Assembly: GCA_028279375.1 (NCBI GenBank)
Contig: JANQNW010000003.1
Coordinates: 117,256-181,255, forward strand
Reading direction: 5' to 3'
Source: Phycisphaerales bacterium
GTDB taxonomy: Bacteria > Planctomycetota > Phycisphaerae > Phycisphaerales > UBA1924
DNA: 64,000 bases
Shown here piece after piece: positions 60,489 to 64,000 of this stretch; within the stretch, counting starts at the first letter, position 1, and the number at the start of each line of letters is the position of its first letter. Both the position numbers and the translations under genes were made by a program. Under the pieces are notes generated by a model. The model was not told the DNA's origin. It did no database searches and saw nothing but the letters and a program-made list of their open reading frames with translations.

Positions 60489-62714
60489 ATGCACGAGATT
60501 CCCATTCACTCCGACGATCCTCAACCGATTCCACTTGAACGCGATGAACGGGAGCGCACGCGCGCCGTGCGTGACGCAGCGCGCCAGCTTGCCGAGTTGC
60601 AGCGCGTTGAGGAGGCCGATTGCGCGCAGAGCACAGGCGTCGCGCGTCACATGAACGCGGCTGACGTGGAGCGCACGATCGGCGGGCGCGTCTTCGCGGC
60701 CATCGGCGCCATCGCCGTGATCATCGGCGCGGCGCTCTTCCTGAAGCTCGCCGTAGACAAGGGATGGTTCGGCGGGATTCCACCCGCTCTCAAGTGTCTC
60801 AGCGTCGCCGCGTTCGGCGGCGCACTCATCGCGGCTGGTGAAGCCGCTCGGCGCTGGATCAACGACTGGGCCTCATCTGGTCTGAGCGCCGCAGGAGTAG
60901 GCGCGCTGTATGCGGCTGCGTATGCCGCGCACGGCGTCTACTCACTGATTTCTCCACTGGAGGCAGTCGGGCTCTTTGCGCTCGCCGCGCTCATCGGCGT
61001 GGGTGTCGCTGCGCGCTCGAACCTCCTGTTCGTGGCGATCGTGTCGATCGTCGGTGGCTATCTGTCGCCGCTCCTTTTCGCCGACATGCAGGCGAAGGCG
61101 ACGATCATCCCCATCAATACATTCCTCATGCTCATCGTGGGCCTGGCGCTGCCCATCCTGCGCGGTGAACGCTTCCGGTCGCTGCCTACGATCGTCTGGT
61201 GGGGAACGCTCGGATACGGTTTCCTCTGGGTGTTCGGGCACGAACTCGGAAGCGCGCTCACCGGCGCAGATCTCTTGCTCGGTGGTCTCTTCCTGGCGCT
61301 CTCCTGGATCGCGATCCATGTGGAACTCGCCATCGCAGCGCGGCGAGGCGCGCTCGCCGCTGGAGATGGCGGCCGCTGGCGAACAATGCGTGAGGGACGT
61401 CGGATCCTCGCGAGCTTCAGTTCGACCGCGTGGGCGATTGGCCTCGGCGTCGTCCTCATGCGCCAATGGAACCCCGGCCTCGACTGGGCGCCCGCGGCCA
61501 TGGGCGCGCTGGCCTGCACCTGGATGGCGATCGTGCTCGCCGGGAATCTGCGCGCGTTCAAGGATGCGCCGGAGAACGACACCGAGCGCCTCGGCGCAGC
61601 GCTCGCCACGCAGGCGGGCGCATGCGTGCTGCTCACGGTGCTCCTGACATTCGCCGGCTGGGCGCTGGGCGCCGCCTGGCTTGCGCTCGGATTGGCGGCG
61701 CTGGCCGCGGGCGCGTGGATGCGCTCAAACGGCCTGAGCATCTACGGCATGGTGGCGCTGGCGCTCGGATCGCTGCGCGTGCTCATCTTCGACTCGATGT
61801 GGCTCGCTGGCGGTGTCGAGGTGGCCGGTTTGCGCCTCACGACATGGACGGCTATGGCCGCGCTCGCCGGAGGCTCATGGATCGCATGCGCCGGCATGCA
61901 GCGCTGGCGAAAAGATGGTGACTCATGGGCGATCGGCGCGATGATCCCCGGCGTCGCCTTCCTGTATCTCTCACTGCTGCACGAGAACGTGGATCTCCAG
62001 TCGCTCTGCGTGGCGTATGCGGCGATGGCGCTGCTGATCGCCGTGCCGGCGCGCCTGTTCCCCGCCCTCGGATTCACGGCGTTCAGTCTCGGCGGATTCC
62101 TGGCCGCGAACGCTGTGTGGGTGTTGGCGTACCCACTCGGTGGCGCCTGGGCGGAATCCGAGGCGCCGCTCATGCTGCATCCCGGATTGTGGACGGCCTT
62201 CCTGATCACCGCCGGCGCCGCGATCAGCCTGTGGAATCTCGCGCCGACCGTGGTGACCGGATTCGACCGACGCCTTCGCGAGATCACACGTTCAATCTGC
62301 GGTGTGTGGATTGCGCTCTTCCTGTTTCTCGCGACATCGCTCGAGGCGGCGCGCATCGGCTCGGTGCTCTCGGATGGGCAGTTCGGCCACCGTGCGGCGC
62401 TCTCGATCTGGTGGGCGGTCTTCGCCTCGGGTCTGCTCATCGCCGGCTGGCTGACGCGCATTTCACTGACGCGCTATGCAGGTCTCGGCCTGCTCGGCGT
62501 CGCGCTTCTGAAGACCCTCAGCTACGACATGGCGGGGGTGCCGGCGGAATGGCGTGTGGCGAGTTTCCTCGCGATCGGTCTTCTGATGATCGCGGTCGCC
62601 GTGGGCTATGCGCGCGCGGCGGGGCAGCGGCCCGGTCAGGCTCTGTCTCGGCGCGCAGAAGACCCAGGCAATCTGGAGAGACTCTTGCGCCTGATTCGAC
62701 GCTCCGACGCCTGA
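60489..62714 (+). CDS. Large polytopic membrane protein, DUF2339-like.
   Basis: About 60-aa cytoplasmic N-terminus, then about 20 TM helices rich in Ala/Gly/Leu. Confidence 0.55.
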   Translation: MHEIPIHSDDPQPIPLERDERERTRAVRDAARQLAELQRVEEADCAQSTGVARHMNAADVERTIGGRVFAAIGAIAVIIGAALFLKLAVDKGWFGGIPPALKCLSVAAFGGALIAAGEAARRWINDWASSGLSAAGVGALYAAAYAAHGVYSLISPLEAVGLFALAALIGVGVAARSNLLFVAIVSIVGGYLSPLLFADMQAKATIIPINTFLMLIVGLALPILRGERFRSLPTIVWWGTLGYGFLWVFGHELGSALTGADLLLGGLFLALSWIAIHVELAIAARRGALAAGDGGRWRTMREGRRILASFSSTAWAIGLGVVLMRQWNPGLDWAPAAMGALACTWMAIVLAGNLRAFKDAPENDTERLGAALATQAGACVLLTVLLTFAGWALGAAWLALGLAALAAGAWMRSNGLSIYGMVALALGSLRVLIFDSMWLAGGVEVAGLRLTTWTAMAALAGGSWIACAGMQRWRKDGDSWAIGAMIPGVAFLYLSLLHENVDLQSLCVAYAAMALLIAVPARLFPALGFTAFSLGGFLAANAVWVLAYPLGGAWAESEAPLMLHPGLWTAFLITAGAAISLWNLAPTVVTGFDRRLREITRSICGVWIALFLFLATSLEAARIGSVLSDGQFGHRAALSIWWAVFASGLLIAGWLTRISLTRYAGLGLLGVALLKTLSYDMAGVPAEWRVASFLAIGLLMIAVAVGYARAAGQRPGQALSRRAEDPGNLERLLRLIRRSDA

Positions 62715-62858
62715 TCCTGGGGGGGAGGCGACGGGCGGAGAGAGATGGCGCGGGTGTGACGGGGCGTTTCCGGGCGTCCCGTCACGCCTTTTTGCTGGAC
62801 GTTGGCGGCTGCCGTTCTACCCTTTGTGAAGCACAGTTCCGCCCAGGCGCCGGCGCGG

Positions 62859-64000
62859 ATGGAGATGAGGGGCAGACCACGAGTGAACTCGCAGTCGAAG
62901 AATCGGAACGTCGCCATACCGCGCGCGCTGCTTGCTGTGATCGCGGCCATCGCATGCGCATGCCTCGGCTCGACGCACGCGCGGGCGGATATCGCTCCAT
63001 CGCAGACGCTCGTGCTCTTTAACTCACAAAATGCCGAATCACAGGCGGTCCGCGATCTCTATGTCGCGGCGCATCCCGGCGTGCTCGAGTTCGACCTCAA
63101 TGACGCCACGCTTCTTCCCGGGGAGATCGATCGCGCAGACTATCTCTCGAAGATCCGCGATCCGCTTCGAACACATCTGAACTCGACCGGCGGGACGACG
63201 CCGCTGTCGCAGCAGATCATCTGCATCGTGACGACGCGGGGGCTTCCGGCGCGTATCGCTGGCGGGCCGGAGTTTGCGCTCAACTCATCACTTGCCAGCG
63301 TCGAGTCGGAGCTCTGCCTGCTGCAGCAGGATCTCGAGGTCGTCGAGAGCGGCGCCCTGACGCGGCGATATCGAGGTGTTGTAGACAATCCCTATCACCT
63401 CTCGATTGCGCAGGACATCGACTCCTTCGATCGCTCCGCGATCGAGACCCAGCGGTCGTTCGTTGAGGTTGGAGGAATCACGGCGTGGACGATTCCCGGA
63501 TTGACGCCTGGCGATATCTACCTCGTCTGCCGCGTTGACGCCCCGACCGTCGGCGCCACCACGGCGCTGGACAACATCGCGGCCCTGCTTGATCGATCCG
63601 CGTCACTGAGCGTCAAAACATGTGAAGTGCAGGCGCTGCTAGATGAGTATCCGCAGGGAACTGGATGCGATCAGCTGGATGATGACGGCGGGACCGCACA
63701 GTTCCCGGCGCTTCAGGATTACGAGAACGCGGCGGCGCGTCTCTCGACGCTCGGCATCGACACGCTCCATGACGAGACCTCGGCGTTCTTTCGCGGCACG
63801 GAGCTTCCTGATCAGGAGAAGCCGGTGCTCGTCGTCGCCACCTATGGCGAGAACCATGATTTCGGCGGGTGCGGAGTCGATCCACCCGGGCCTGGAAACT
63901 ACCTCCTGTTCTTCGACAACATCCATCCTGCCGCGTGTTTCTTCAGCATCGAGTCGTTCAACGGCAACAGCCTGATCGACGGAACGAGTCGCGGCGGCCA
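62859..64000 (+). CDS. Secreted hypothetical protein; 5' portion only, running off the window end. It is not in the ORF track because there is no stop in the window.
   Basis: A hand translation gives a signal peptide (AIPRALLAVIAAIACACLGSTHARA) and an open frame through to position 64000. Confidence 0.45.
   Translation, partial: MEMRGRPRVNSQSKNRNVAIPRALLAVIAAIACACLGSTHARADIAPSQTLVLFNSQNAESQAVRDLYVAAHPGVLEFDLNDATLLPGEIDRADYLSKIRDPLRTHLNSTGGTTPLSQQIICIVTTRGLPARIAGGPEFALNSSLASVESELCLLQQDLEVVESGALTRRYRGVVDNPYHLSIAQDIDSFDRSAIETQRSFVEVGGITAWTIPGLTPGDIYLVCRVDAPTVGATTALDNIAALLDRSASLSVKTCEVQALLDEYPQGTGCDQLDDDGGTAQFPALQDYENAAARLSTLGIDTLHDETSAFFRGTELPDQEKPVLVVATYGENHDFGGCGVDPPGPGNYLLFFDNIHPAACFFSIESFNGNSLIDGTSRGG

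Overview
This window is a high-GC (about 65-70%) chromosomal segment that looks like Planctomycetota. Three things support that: a DUF1559 protein with a prepilin-type N-terminus (H-X9-DG), a dockerin-domain beta-helix protein, and PEP-CTERM-like C-terminal tails. I called about 60 protein-coding genes, one tRNA-Gln(CUG), three intrinsic terminators and one AT-rich palindromic operator-like island. I saw no CRISPR array, transposase, integrase or prophage.

The content falls into five themes:
- Propionyl-/acyl-CoA metabolism, dispersed: methylisocitrate lyase (prpB-like), MmgE/PrpD dehydratase, thiolase, 3-hydroxybutyryl-CoA dehydrogenase, Zn-dependent alcohol dehydrogenase, the methylmalonyl-CoA-mutase-type catalytic subunit, accB/accC. 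A second, separate gene fuses the B12-binding domain to a C-terminally truncated MeaB-like G-domain.
- Signal transduction, dense: a 1264-aa multi-PAS/GAF HWE-type histidine kinase; two tandem SpoIIE/PP2C phosphatase paralogs beside a flotillin; an ECF sigma/anti-sigma pair; a Ser/Thr kinase; a STAS protein; a GGDEF cyclase; a standalone MshEN-type (c-di-GMP-binding) T2SSE_N-domain protein beside a MoxR ATPase; and a histidine kinase paired with a response regulator that has a Cro/C1 (XRE) HTH output.
- Cell envelope and secretion: murG, ftsW, PEP-CTERM-like secreted proteins ending in RRRRSA, a secreted double-retropepsin + PDZ protease, a double TlpA thioredoxin, a DUF2339-like polytopic membrane protein.
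- A FecCD/BtuCD-type ABC importer with no substrate-binding protein in view.
- Several tandem paralog pairs.

The most system-like candidate is at 57.9-62.7 kb: sensor kinase, then a REC-XRE regulator, then an AT-rich island with three copies of the half-site AACACTA/TAGTGTT directly over the promoter/RBS of a 62-aa single-TM protein, then a DUF2339-like giant membrane protein, then a secreted protein. The split mutase with the B12-domain/G-protein fusion is a second candidate. All calls rest on reading the sequence and on recalled family motifs; no database search was run.
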